Of a stretch of DNA of 64,000 nt, positions 29,101 to 42,290 are shown in pieces (positions within the stretch are counted from its first letter, which is position 1; each line of letters begins with the position of its first letter). The position numbers were made by a program, and so were the translations under genes. The notes under the pieces were generated by a model. It ran no database searches. It saw only the letters and a list, made by a program, of their open reading frames with translations, and was not told the DNA's origin. The stretch covers positions 5,022,001 through 5,086,000 of the forward strand of contig OZ176052.1 of the NCBI GenBank assembly GCA_964247055.1, written 5' to 3'. The stretch comes from Paragordius varius (taxonomy: Eukaryota; Animalia; Nematomorpha).

Positions 29101-31761
29101 AAATTTCGCTTAGATTGTATCTTTAGATATAGGTTAAATCCTTTATTATAACAAATGTGCTTTATAATTCAAGTTTTAGAAAATACCATGAATTCTGCAT
29201 TATCATAACATTTTCCCCTTTTTTAATAAAACGTATCATTTACTACATCTAATAAATTGGGTCTGCCAAAAGAGACACCCTAGATTCCAACTTTGACTCA
29301 TACTGTAATTTAACTTGTGCATAAAAAAACACATAACTTTAAATAGTAAAACCTAAAAACTAGAACCTTATTATATAATTCAGAAAGTCTTAATAAACGT
29401 AATGAAAACGCAATCATCTAACAAAGCGTCGAGAACGGTTAAAGCATTCACATAAAAAATATATGTATACTTTTTGCACGTCTGTCTGCATCCGAAAAAG
29501 ATGATGACGAAAGTCTACGCAGTGATGATGTTTTAACAGGCGAGGGATCACGCTCAAATATTGTTTCAAAGGCTGCTTGAGCTTTAGCTATTCGATCAGC
29601 ATGCGATTTACTATCCCTCTTAAGTATTTGTTCCCGTATTTTAGTGCGTTTCCCTCCCCCTCCTCTATTTGATGTACGGTGGCTATTGGAATCATCTTGC
29701 GAATCAGGCATTTCGTCAATTTTTACGACTAAAACAAATGTGCATGAGGATATATTTAAAAAACTTTTTTTTACGAAAAAAAGGAATAGAAAAAAATGCG
29801 TAGATGAGTTTTAAAAGTTTTTCAAGTTTTAAAGATAATAATAAGGTTTTAGTATTAAATAGGTATTTATAATCGGGACAAAAACATGCCCCAATTATTT
29901 AGTTTATGAAAATAATAATAAAAACTTGGTGTATCAGTAATTAGGTGCGAAGCCAATGCTCCAGTAGAATATCGTGAGGCTTTGGAAGGAGTGGCGTTAT
30001 TATTTGATTGGCGATAAACAACTTTATCTTCCATGGCATTAGATGATTCTTTGTCAGAAGCGATATCTTTATTGCTTGTTGAGGCCGCGTACATACTAGG
30101 TTTTGCACATTTATCCGTGCTAAAATAAATTGAATACCACATCAAAATATATTTAAGCTAACCAAAGATATTTAGGCCAAAAATGAATAAAATAATATAC
30201 TAAAAGTTTGGAATTTAGAAGTCATGTTGTTCCATCATGCTGCTGGCTGGATCATTTTGGCAAAATGATAGCACATGTATGCCAATTAAAATGTTTTGAA
30301 AAGGTTTATTCAAAAATTATTTCACAAGATGACGTGAATAGATAATTTAGCTTTAACCATATCGCGCTTAATAAAGATTTTAAGGCATATAAGTTTCCTC
30401 TTAATTATTACGTGTAAAAACTAAATCACAATTTTAAGAATATATAAAATGTGTTTTAACAGTTAAATCTACATTTTTTGTAAATTATTTTTAAATTACC
30501 TTAATTGGCCATCACTTGAGCGTTTTGACGAAGAAACTGGTGGGAGAGTATTGGTCGAATTGGTTGAAGTTTGGTTGGTACCAGCTCCTTCCCTTAACAG
30601 AAATTTGCTTTTCAGTACACTTAGCTGAGATAAGGGCCTTTGACCAGGTTTGGGTGGAGGTTCCTCCGTGAAAACACCGGCGAAATTCTGTGTGAAAAAA
30701 GTATAAATAAATGAGTATATAATAAAAGAAACACCAAATGACAGGATATAACTAAGTTAGAATGCCTTTATTTTTAATATTCTGCGTTTTATACATAAAA
30801 AAGAGTCTAAAATTTTAAAAGAACAGGGCAATTAAATTATTAATTTGTTAATCCCATTTATGATATTTTCACAAATAACAACCTTGGTTAGTAGTAAAAT
30901 GCTATTTAAAATTATCAACTGTTAAATTTACTCATAATTATACCAAAAATTTGTCTTCAGCGTAGAAAATTAGTCATTTTAATAATTTTTACTTATATAC
31001 TTAATATAAATATTACATTATATTAAGTATAAATGCAAAGATGTCAAATCTAACTCCTTAATGTGCACAAGTTGCAATTTGTGAGTACATAAAAAGTGTT
31101 ATGGTTTCAAATCCTTGGACATACCACACCTCGTATGTAAACCATGTAATGTGTTCACACCGATTCAAAATACAAAACCGAAACGGTAAATTTCTTTATA
31201 CAGGGACGTTATTACCGATGGAGGAGGTTTAGTTAATGCAATAAAACACTGATCCAACCAAGCTTGAAAAAATACCATCCAATCAAGCAAATTATACATA
31301 AAAAGTTAATAAACATTAAGACCAAAGCAAAAATATAAACTACAGCGATACGGCAAGCCCTTACATACGGCGGAAAAACCTGGCCGTTGAGTAAAACTAA
31401 TAAAAACAAAATTTTACAAACAGTAAATAAATCAAGAAAATCCTGTATGCATTAAACCCATCCAAATATAAAGTCATAATTTTGACGCCCACGCAATCTT
31501 TCAAAACCTAATTTATATAATCCAAACCAAAAGACTAAGCTGGTTAGGACACGAGCGAATAGATGATGCTAATATTTTTAAATAGATGCAACATTATAAA
31601 TTGGTTTCAAAAGCTCTACCAGGTCGTCCTTTTGAAACATGGCAAACAATCACAGAAGATCCTAAGGAACATTGATGTTATGGACGCCTACAAAGGCAAA
31701 ACATAGAAGATAAACATACATCAGACACTCGTTATTGAGTATCCTATCCTGATCAAGATTG

Positions 31762-31796
<35 letters not shown>

Positions 31797-34700
31797 CCTT
31801 GAGTGAGATATATGTATATACCTTGAGTGAAACTAGTAAAGGATTGCAATTTTTTCCAGCTATCCATTCAGATGCTTGGAGAGCTGGTCGAGGACTAGCA
31901 GTGGGCGGATACAAATCTTCTTGATATACCATTGACTAAAATGTTATATATTTATTTCATAAAATGGGCCCAATGCGCCATATTTACAGGCTTTGAAAAA
32001 AAAAGATTGTTTGCATATTTTAACCTTACAACATATATTTTTTGTTATAAAATATAATTTTTCGAAACATTTTTGTTTGTTCTGATATTTTTCTCAATGC
32101 ACAATAAATATTTTTTAGCATACCTTTCGTGGAACAATCATAGAAACGGGTTCAATCACAGTAATATTGTTGGTTGCCGTGCTATCGGCTCGTAACTTAT
32201 AAAATCGATAAATTTCGCAAATGGAAGTGTCTAAACCACGTTTTGGCATAGCACATAAACCGGTTTGTGGGATAGATGTTTGATACATACCTTTATGTTA
32301 TGTAAATTAGAATGAGGTTTTTAAATTTACAAAAATAAGAGATTAAATAATAAAGATATTATTAAATTTTATCAAGATAACACTTATTTAAAATTATTTT
32401 TAAATTGTTCTAAACGCTTTTTTCCGCTAAATAAAATAATCCAATGATACCAATTACAAAATCTACCTATAATTTGTAATTTCACAAGAGTTTTCATTTT
32501 TAAAATAAAAAAGGTTTCTGACCTAAATGTGATAACAAATGATGCTTATCAACTTCACCGTCGGATTCGGAACCACTCAGTGTGTGAATGTTAAAATGCG
32601 TGCTGTAATCAGGAGGAAGCGATGAAGCTCGAAATTCGTAAAAGCGAATGCTACCATCTCCCTAAATTTTAAGATAATTAGTATCAGAATGTTACAAAAA
32701 ATGAGAGACCCTAATAGCTTTGATGGATCAATTTCAAAATTATCCAATGAATGAGATGTATTTTAGACTTATTTCCATATGTTAACTTACAAAAACAAAC
32801 GTTATTGATTCAAATATTAAATAATATATATTTATCTAAAAATATGATATGTGTAGCTTGCTTAAATAGATTGAAACATTTATATGGTAATAAATGCTAA
32901 TATGTATATAAATATTTGATGCGCTATAACATATATTTTTCTAAAAAAAGTCTAAAATGTGTGAAAAAGGTACCTTTCCACCAATATACAGAATCCCGGT
33001 ATCCTGATCAAAAAAGGGAAATAGGGCACCAGGGGATGAATCAATAGTTTCCAAACTCAAAGGTTCCTTCATTTTTCGCTAAAATTATCATAGAAAAAAA
33101 AGTTAAAACAAAACGTTAGTGTTTAAAGATTTGTTACATCTAAATTAAAAAATAAGTTTAAATAAAAAAATTAAAAAAAACCTGGTCCCAAACAGCAATT
33201 TGCCGTTCACTCATCCGTGAGAATCCCGTTGTAATTAAATAGTGATCTTTGTGCCCATAAGGATCACGGTCCACGAAAAATACGCGTGAACTTTTAACAC
33301 CCTGATGACTTTTGGTTTCCTAAATCACAAACATTAATTTATAGTATATTTTAAAAAAATAATATTTTTAAATATATTAGGATAAATATAAAATATTACA
33401 ACGAGAACGAATATTTTATATTAAGATAATAATTTGTATTCTCGTAAAATTTATTAAAATAAAACTATATCCAAAATTTTCAATACATGAGAGTATCTTT
33501 TTCAATGGATTAAACTATAACAAAGGAAAATAATAATAAGATTAATTAAAACAAAATTTGAAAAATATAATTATAAATGATAAAAAATGCAAAGTGATGT
33601 CCATGTGTTATTGTTTTTTTTACGAGAATACAAATTATTATCTTAACATAAAATACTACAGCCTTTATTTTATGTTTTGTTATTATATCAGATTTGTGTC
33701 TTTTAAACATCATCAAACTTTATGGAAATATGTTACATAATTTTTAACATAAAGTTAAATGTAACGTGTAGAAGGCTAAATTTAGTTTATCATATTCAAA
33801 ATTATCTTGAAACTAACAGACAGTTTTAAAATATTGATACATCAATTCTATATTCAAAAATTATAAACCAAAACTCTGTAATTAAGATAAGAATCAAAGA
33901 CAATTTCACTTGAGAACTCCCTCCCTTTTTTTCATTCAAAAGGATATCTTGTTTTAACAAAGTTGAATGTAAACATACGGTAGTTTAAATTTCTATTACA
34001 TTTTAAAGTTTTGTTTTCGAATGAAAACGTATAAAGATGGAAATTAAATACTATAGCGGTAGATCCTTTCCGCGGATCAAGGATTCGTAACAATTTATCT
34101 TTACAGGTGGTGGCAAGCAGACTCCCATCATAATTCCAAGCCGCATCCCAAACAGCATCCTCGTGATCTACAATGGTTCGAAATGCATGACCTGTTTCAG
34201 TATTCCAAATGATAACCTAGACACAGTGTGCGCACAAAAAAAATATATTTTGTGAATAATTTTTTGATTCTTGTTAAAAGGGTTATCATCATACGCAAAT
34301 TATCCTTCTCTTTTTTAGTGCATAATACACTTTGGTCCTTGTTACGTTAAAAATATATATTACCTTGGTTGTGAATGCAAATTATATTATTTATACTTAT
34401 TATCTTTAACAACGTTTAAACCACACAACTTTATCCTTGTGAATGCAATAACCAAATTTCCTAATGTATATAAGGAATCATTGTAACATACAGAACACAT
34501 TATATTATATTATTCAGTTTTGATGTTATACTAAATAAATAAATATATCCTTTATCATTTATATTAATTCTTAAGGAATTAAAAGTTATATGGGGATACA
34601 TTTATATATTATATTTACATATTACAGCAGCATATTAATACATATTACATGTGGTAACTAAAAACCTTTTCTCAACATTATTTTCCAATTTACGTAAATA

Positions 34701-37700
34701 TCGTCTGGATCTGTAACGATAATCAACCTGGACCCTCTTGAGCAATACTTTTAAAGTGTCCAAATACATATTTTGGTTCAAATTAATCAGTTTCTTTCCA
34801 TCTTTCTATTTTGTCCTCATCAACAAATAAATTACCGTTTTAATAGCGGTAGTAAGGGGTTTCTTTGGCGTCTTTGTCGCGCATTTTTAAAAAATCTTAA
34901 AAGCTTGTTTGTTGTTTTTATCCTCACATAAGAATTCCGTTCTATCTTATCCATTGTGACAAGCCTTTTAAGTTCTTTATTATGGCTTTATATTTTTATT
35001 TTCCATTATTTTTATATTATAACCTCTGATTTCAGAAGCTCATTTTTCTCTTGAAATTCCATATTATTGTTTCCTCTTTCAGACATGCTTAAGTTTTTTA
35101 GGACCTAAGGGTTTCATCCGCTAATAATTTTTATGAAAAATTTAAGTACTATGTTGAAAACTTATAAAAAGGCTATATGATCATTAATAATTCAAAAAAT
35201 GTCCATACTTTGGTGTCGAAAAATATTACATTTATAAGCAAAAGAATTGATTTGAGTTAAAGCATTTATTACTGATCTTCGGGTGCAAACTTGTTTATAT
35301 TTAAGAAACTTTCTTTAGTTTCCATACATGTGACTTGCGCATCGAATGTGCCTTTTTTGTGCTTTTCACTCATTGATTGCAGCGTTAATTTTAAAGCACG
35401 TTTAACATTTACAATGATTGGAAAAATCTCTATTCTCTCTTTTGTTTATTATAAATCAGTGATTTGAAAAACCAACCATCATGCATTTATAAAAATTCTG
35501 TATTTTATAAAATGCTTTTTAATAGCACATGTTGGATATTTATTTTTTGTATTACATAATGAATGGTAACTACTTGAAAAATGAACATGTATAATTATGA
35601 TTACAATTGCACAATTTTAGCAAATTAAAATATAATGAATGAATAGTACAAATAATATCGATATTTTGTAAAAATTTTCTAATAACAATAGCAATGCTAA
35701 AAGTACATTTTTATAAAAAATTTACATTTAAAATCTACAATAACTAAGAAAAATATATTTTTGATTTTTATTATGTTATGTTTATTGGTAAAAGTTTTAA
35801 ATTTTTTGTTATTTATAGTTAATACTCCTTTAAAAAAATTATGCACCATTTCAAAATACAACGCCGTTATTTATAAGCTCACAACATATTATATGTAAAA
35901 ATAAAAATACCACACCATTAAAAAATCATATCATTTTTAAATTTATCGATTTTTTAAAAATAATATAATATATTTTCCTCCTGCTAAAACAGTTTAATCA
36001 ATTCAAATAAAAAATATTCTAATCATTTTAAAAAGTCAGGGTTAGTCATTCTGTTTTTGAAATGTGGACGAAAACCTTATAAATTTATTTTTGTACAGAT
36101 AAAAAGCACTCGAAAGTATATGGTTAAGTTCAATGACCAGATCCAGAAAGCAACAGTTAAATTATGTGCAATAGAAAGAGAAAACAATAGTATAATATTT
36201 ATATTTGAAATATTTTACATAAAAAAATTAAATAAATTTTAATCTATATAATGTTTGCATAAAAACTATAAGAAAAATATAATTATCGCTAATATATTGA
36301 GAGGTTTTTGGCTCACCCGCTAATCTTAAAACATCTTTTTTTTCCTCCAAACACGATTTGCACTAACCGTTGTCTCGCCGGAGATTAATTAATAGTTTTT
36401 TTCGCAATAAATTATATTGGCGTGATATACCACTTTTAATTATATATTTATTCTTTAATTTTTGTCAAGATAAGAGCTTAGTTGTATGAAATGATAAATT
36501 ACGCAAAATAAAACTATATGTAAATTTGATTCAGTCAAATTTGTAATTAAAAAATACGCCGCTAAGCTATATAAATGAATATTGTAAATTAAAAATTGAT
36601 TTTATAGAAATTTTTATATGTATAAAAAAGTATATGTTATAAAAACATTTATTAATCATGTGATATTTCAATGTGACCGTTAAAACAATTATTAAAAACG
36701 GTGCAAAATTGTTTTATATACGTTCAAATTAAGGTCTATTGTGATATATCTAAAAATAGTTTATGTTAATTCAAAAACTGACTTGCACAACTAAGCACTT
36801 TTTATTAATGTTATTTCCAATTTACGTTTAAGTTTATAATAGGAAAGAGGTCAATAATACATAATTTTATTCAAAACAATTATGTAATTATGTTACATTT
36901 TGACGAAAACCACACACCACACACACATAATTTACACTACTAAAGAAAGGCACATCAAATTTACAAAACTAATATCCAAAATTATCTAAATAAAAAACTA
37001 ACCCTTGCGTCAGAAGAGGTAGTAGCTAAAATATTACTGGCAGCCGGGTGCCAAGCTAAACAATTGACACGTTTATCATGCCTTTGAAGTGAAACCAAGA
37101 GGCCATGGGGTGAGCTATGGGTATGGTAGTTTAGGGATGAACGATGTATATTAGTATTGCTGCTGTTTGATGATAAATTGTTTTGATAATTTACATTATT
37201 GTTATTGTGGCCACCTATTTAAAGAAAGATAAAATATCACATTTTTAATTTATTTTAACATAATAATCTCAAACTTATCCAAAAAATGTAAAAGTAAGTA
37301 TGCTAAAATTGTTGAAAAAAAACCTAGGGCTGAAGTTGAAACTTGCCAAATTTTTACGGTGGCATCTTCGGAACCTGTTGCGATAACATCATCATCAAAT
37401 GGGTTCCAAGCCAACTCCACAATCGGTTTGGAGTGTCCAGCAAAATGGGGTAGTCTGGAATCATCGATTCTCCCTTTCTAAATTTGAGCAGAAAAATAAA
37501 CTAAATTAATAATTTTTTTATGAAGTTTTCTTGGTGTACAACAATATAATTACTACGAATATTATCAAAGTTTAATTTCAAATCCTTTTTAAATTGTAAT
37601 AAATTGACTTGTGAAAAGTGAGAACATTGTGGAAACTAGTTGAAATTTGCAATCTATGCTTAATTGATTTTTAATAGCAACACATGGAAACAATGATCAT

Positions 37701-39403
37701 ACATAATAATGACAAATTTCGATTTTTATTTCAATTTATAATAATGAAAAATTTAATTGTACTAAATATTATTTTGTATTCAAACCACTTGACATATAAA
37801 TTTTTTATTAACATTGTTCCATTATAAAAATACTAATAATAAAGAAAAATAATTTGCTAACAATTATATATACAATGATTAAAATATGCACAAGAATAAT
37901 TAAAAATTATTAAAATTAATATTATAATGACAGGATGTTAATTAAAGTTACAACATTAACCATACAGAAATTGGAATTAAAATGTATAATATGTAAATTA
38001 TTTAAAAATTAATAAGTAGCTATTAATTAATCCAATAACTAAAAAATCATATTTGAAGTGTCTTTTGGAGAAATAATTTTTCATATTTAACCTATCTATA
38101 TATCTATCTAAATTTGGTTAAAATGAAAAAATTAGGTATTGCATACACAATTTGAGAGTTTTAGTGTATAGAAATAGATCTATTATTTAACATAGGGGTA
38201 AGTGTCCAACCCATATGACTTCGCAGGCGGCATTTTAGGATCAAAAAATGGCCGCCGCGTTCGCAAAATATATGGGCAATAACAAATATTTTATCAGAAT
38301 TTAAAAACAATACTGTTAAAACTACCATTTATTTTAACAATTTTTGTTAAGTTCATTGCCAAAATTCGAGGAAACTTTTTAAAAATTTGTTTAAATCAAT
38401 TTTATTTACGTTACGTAAAATATTGGATTTTAAATTTCTCGCGGGCCCGCGTGTTGGACACCCCTGATTCCATAGATTGCTACGCGATTCGGACTCTGAA
38501 TGTGAAGGGTAAGGCACAATAAGATATTATGAGTAAAAAAATTGGGATATGTCTTACTATATAATATGTTATAAACAAAAACAAAAACATTGAAAAACAG
38601 GTGAAGATCAATACAAATCGCCCATTTGTCTTGAAATATTTTAAATAAAGTTACAATTTTTATTACTTATATTTTGAAGTTCAACGCAATAAATGAATGT
38701 TTCATTGCGAAACTCCAATTCACAAAATGACAGAAAAACAATAAAATAAGCGCCCTCGTCCTCCAATGTAAAACACACATTTAACTTTTAACGAATTGTT
38801 AAAATAGAAAAGAGAAGCGCTTGGGGTACTGATTGATAAGGGCAGAGGCGTAGCTTGTATTTCTGGCGCCCGATCATGAATCAGTGATAGCCCCCGCCTC
38901 TCCTACATGGAACCCCATGCGTTTTAATAAATAATCAAATTCAAACCGTGGACATGACCAACCACTCATAAATGGGTGAATTATTAATGTAATAAATAAA
39001 ATGATAACTTTTAAATTTTTTAAAATAAAATCAAAAAATTTTAAAATCCGGCGCCCTATGGCGCCCGGTGCATCACCCCCCATTTCATCCTCCCTAGCTA
39101 CGCCTCAATATAAGGGGGATGCTTAAAACTTAACCAACATCAATATACATGGTTTTTAGTTTTTCAAAAAAACAATTTTTAGAAAAACTTAAAAAAAACC
39201 TGCCAAAGGGGTAGAATGACAAAAGTTCCACCGCCCTCACTTTGAATGGAAACAGCCATCCATTTAGGATTAACAGCAAGGGGACATCCTTCGGTTTGAT
39301 GTTTGGAAACACGAATGCCTTCGTAAGTTTCACTTTTGCGAACGGCTCCTTTTCCAAAAACATTACGGAATTTGGAAGTTTTCCTCGTTTCTTCTTTAAT
39401 CAT
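23142..39403 (-). CDS. CORO: Coronin (type I WD40 propeller) with very long low-complexity linker, coiled coil and C-terminal tail
   Basis: The propeller and DUF1900 region lie in 9 phase-consistent exons: 39403-39200, 37477-37324, 37214-37003, 34216-34052, 33319-33182, 33078-32974, 32661-32523, 32290-32124 and 31935-31822. Motifs: [59 protein letters not shown]. Further S/T/N-rich exons run from 30687 to 24154, and the last exon 23666-23142 carries a heptad coiled coil. Linkage of the 3' exons to the propeller is inferred. Confidence 0.9.
23772..24063. mobile_element. hAT (Charlie-like) MITE in the last coronin intron
   Basis: TIR-like ends CAGGAGTCCTCAACAC and GTGTTGGACCCTG, with internal CGGGCCGCAT / GCATGCGGCCCG motifs. 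Confidence 0.7.
28612..28790. mobile_element. Palindromic Tc1/mariner-type MITE with TA TSD
   Basis: Ends CAGTATGAATAAGTATACATTGCTAGAAAGTTATTAATTA and TAATTAATAACTTTCTATCAATGTATACTTAATCATACTG, flanked by TA on both sides. A second copy lies at 57821-58010. Confidence 0.85.
31190..31760 (+). mobile_element. Degraded RTE-clade LINE fragment (RT C-terminal part and ORF2 end) in a coronin intron
   Basis: Frameshifted motifs [32 protein letters not shown] and GRPFETW; the fragment ends at a (TA)n tract. Confidence 0.7.
34270..35420 (-). mobile_element. Highly degraded RTE-like LINE fossil in coronin intron 3
   Basis: Broken motifs in the expected order: endonuclease-like NINKFAPED, linker [16 protein letters not shown], and RT-thumb-like GLNVVK...KVYYALKK. 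Many stops and frameshifts. Confidence 0.45.
38191..38466. mobile_element. hAT (Charlie-like) MITE in coronin intron 1
   Basis: Left end GGGGTAAGTGTCCAAC; right end CGCGGGCCCGCGTGTTGGACACCCCTG. Confidence 0.75.
38843..39108. mobile_element. hAT-type MITE with 8-bp TSD in coronin intron 1
   Basis: TIRs CAGAGGCGTAGCT and AGCTACGCCTC, subterminal GGCGCCC motifs, and TSD GATAAGGG / TATAAGGG (7 of 8 identical). Confidence 0.85.
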
Positions 39404-39959
39404 TTTAATAATTATTTATTATCCTTAGCGAATAATATTTTAATTTAGCAAATAATAAATTTGACGCGATAGAAACTAAATTAATTATTGTTTTTAGTCA
39501 ATAAGTTGTTTAAAAAAATGTGCGAATTTTTTGTGTATGCTGTAAGATTTTATTTCACATCCTTGAGAATAATAGAATATTTTGAAATATTCGAATATAT
39601 CACATATCATATAAAACTGATAATTTAAATATAGTGAAATGGTAAAAAAATAGTTTTAACACAGTTTATTATATAATATAAAATTTAAAATGATTATGTT
39701 TGTACTAATTTTTTAACAATTTTATCAAGATCAAGGTTAAAAAAATCAATCACTATGTAAAAATCGAATAATACAAAGTGCATTGTGAGATGGTAGTAAA
39801 AAATAAAACGAAAAAACGCATTTAATATCAGATAAAAAAATAGAGATTTTGAATATCCTCATGAAAAATAATGTACATGTGTTTGAAATATGATGTAGAT
39901 AAAACGAAATCCATTTAAACACTCCATTAACTGTTGGGGTAGTGTATATCCCATAGCCA

Positions 39960-41480
39960 TTCGAAATTTAAATAACTTAAAAAGAAGGTATCAAGCCGAA
40001 TTTAAAAATAGCTTTACGTCATTTAAGCCACATTATAAAAAATATTATTTTTAAATGTAAGATTGTAAATACTCATCACAAACTTTTTGCTGCTTTAATA
40101 ATTTATTTAAATCGCTAACGCAACAGGCAAATAGTATCATGGGAAATGATAAAAAAAGCATTAAGCTAAATATACCAGCAAAAACTTGATATTGATTATT
40201 TTAATATCAGCTGTTGTTTTAATCGTGTTTTGGAGTGGCCCAATTTTAGGCTCTAAAAATCACAAAACTAAAAAAACCTGTTTTGTATCTAAAACATAAA
40301 AACAATGTATAAAAATTAAATTTTAACTAGCTTGTTTATAAAATTAACTGCCCCAAAAGGTAAAGTAGGACAAAAAGTAAGATGGGAATAAAGCGTAAAT
40401 TTTAAATTTTATTGGTATTTATACAATATATTTTATGTTAATTCCGCGTCAAATATTTTTCAAATTTTTATATTATGAAACAAAAAATTTGTTTGCATTT
40501 TAGTTTTGATGTCTAAAAATAGGGTCCATGAAACAAAAGGGTAATTGTTTTCTGTTAAGATATAATCAATAAATCAAAATTAATTTTAATATGAAGGATG
40601 TTTTAATAACTTTTTTACTATAAAGTTCTTTAATAAATTTTGGCGAATAAATGTTTGATATAAGGAATTTTTACAATTTAGTTTTTAACATCAATAATTC
40701 TATTTAATTATTTATAATATTTATTGCAGTGGCTAAAATTTAGGCCAAAAGGCACAAAAATATATTAGGGTATGAAAATAGGGACTTATTATCACTTCAT
40801 GACCCTTTCACTTTTTTGTCCCCGATTACTTAAAACAGTTGTTATAGACAGTCTTATAAATTAATTACTGTTTAGAACGTCAGCTAAAATCTATCAGCAT
40901 TCTTCTCCAATATTAGATAAAAAAGCTAATAATTTTTATAATTTTGTAACTTCTAGAGCAGGGGTGTCTAAAACAAATGGCTTAGCGGACCGCATTTTTG
41001 GCTAATAATTCGAATAATTTTAAAAGAAAATATAATAATTTATTTAATTAAAAAACTGTAAACCCAATAAAGCAATTTTTTCTAGCTCCCCCCAATTTGT
41101 TAGATTTATTTAAAAAAGTTAATGACTTTTTAATTTATTGAGATTTCATTAGCATATTTTTGCAAATTATCAGAATTTTGAGGGTCGTGTGTTGAACACG
41201 CCTGTCCTAGAGCCTAAAATTGGGACAGATCCAAAAAACGATTACAACAGCTGTTTAAATAAAGTTTTTGCTAGTAAAATAAAATCTAAAAGCTTACTAA
41301 TATCATCTTCTAACTATAATAATTTGCATATTTTATTATCGATGTAAAAATAAAGGGAAAAATGGCCGCGAAAATGCTTGAAATGAGCAAATTTTAAATA
41401 AATTATATAGTGCGACTGAAAGCTAAAAAGGCATATTAATTCAGCCTAATACCTTCACTTTTCAAGATAATTTTTTAAAT
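39960..41480. mobile_element. Foldback element with long inverted arms (family B)
   Basis: The forward arm ~39960-40390 is complementary to ~40800-41480; the right arm is interrupted by a hAT MITE. Confidence 0.65.
40959..41204. mobile_element. hAT-Charlie MITE nested in a foldback arm
   Basis: TIRs CAGGGGTGTCTAAAAC and GTGTTGAACACGCCTG. TSD TTCTAGAG / TCCTAGAG matches the nTCTAGAn Charlie target preference. Confidence 0.88.
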
Positions 41481-41630
41481 CGCCTAATAAAACACTACCC
41501 TTATAAAGGTCATGTGTTAAATTTGTTTATAAGGCCCTGATCTTAACACTTCCTTACTTTTATTTTTTTTGTATGTCTTGATATAATTGGGTGGTTATAT
41601 AAAAAATATTGTGCTGAATTGAAAAATATG

Positions 41631-42290
41631 CTTTCTTTAGCCTTTTAGGGGCTTTGTACAATAATTTATTAAAAATGTTAAATTGCCAAAAATTCACATC
41701 TGAAACTTTTTTGCCGCCATTTTTTATGTTTTTTAACTTGCTATTTCATCAAGATAATAAATTTATATTATGGTTAAAAAGGTAAATAGTTAGCTTTAAA
41801 AAGTTTTCAGGCTACATTTTACCAACAAAAACTTGATGTATTTTTTAAATATCAGCTGTTCGGTTTGACCATGTTTTGGAGCTGTCCCAATATACCTTAG
41901 AAAAAACTATAAACAATATAACCTTTTTACTGAATATGTGAACAACGTTTTATAATTAAATTTTAACTCGAAGGTAATGAAGTGTTTTTAGGAATCAAAT
42001 TACTATTTTAAATGTTTTATTGACCAAATTTTAATTATCTAACCCTCTTCTCCTGTATTAAATACAATTTTAATTTTTACACTTTTTTCACTTCTGAAGT
42101 CCCTAATTCGGATAGTCTCAAAACATGATAGAAGCACAGTTGATAATAAATTAATAAATATCAAAATTGCTGGTAAATTCGTAAGCATTACAAAGTTTTA
42201 TATATGCATTTAATTGCCTGTTTTGGCGACTCAAAAAATTATTATAAAAAATGGAGGCGAATATTGTGCGCTCAAAAGGCTATAGAAAGG
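41631..42290. mobile_element. Second foldback element (family B)
   Basis: Left end CTTTCTTTAGCCTTTTAGGGGC is complementary to right end GCGCTCAAAAGGCTATAGAAAG. The internal ACCAACAAAAACTTG / TTGCTGGTAAA motifs are inverted. Confidence 0.65.

Noticed and set aside
36057-36242. Possible small nested gene on the plus strand in coronin intron 3 (TTTTGTACAG followed by [11 protein letters not shown]...)
   Set aside because: No recognisable homology, start or further exons; compatible with chance in AT-rich DNA.
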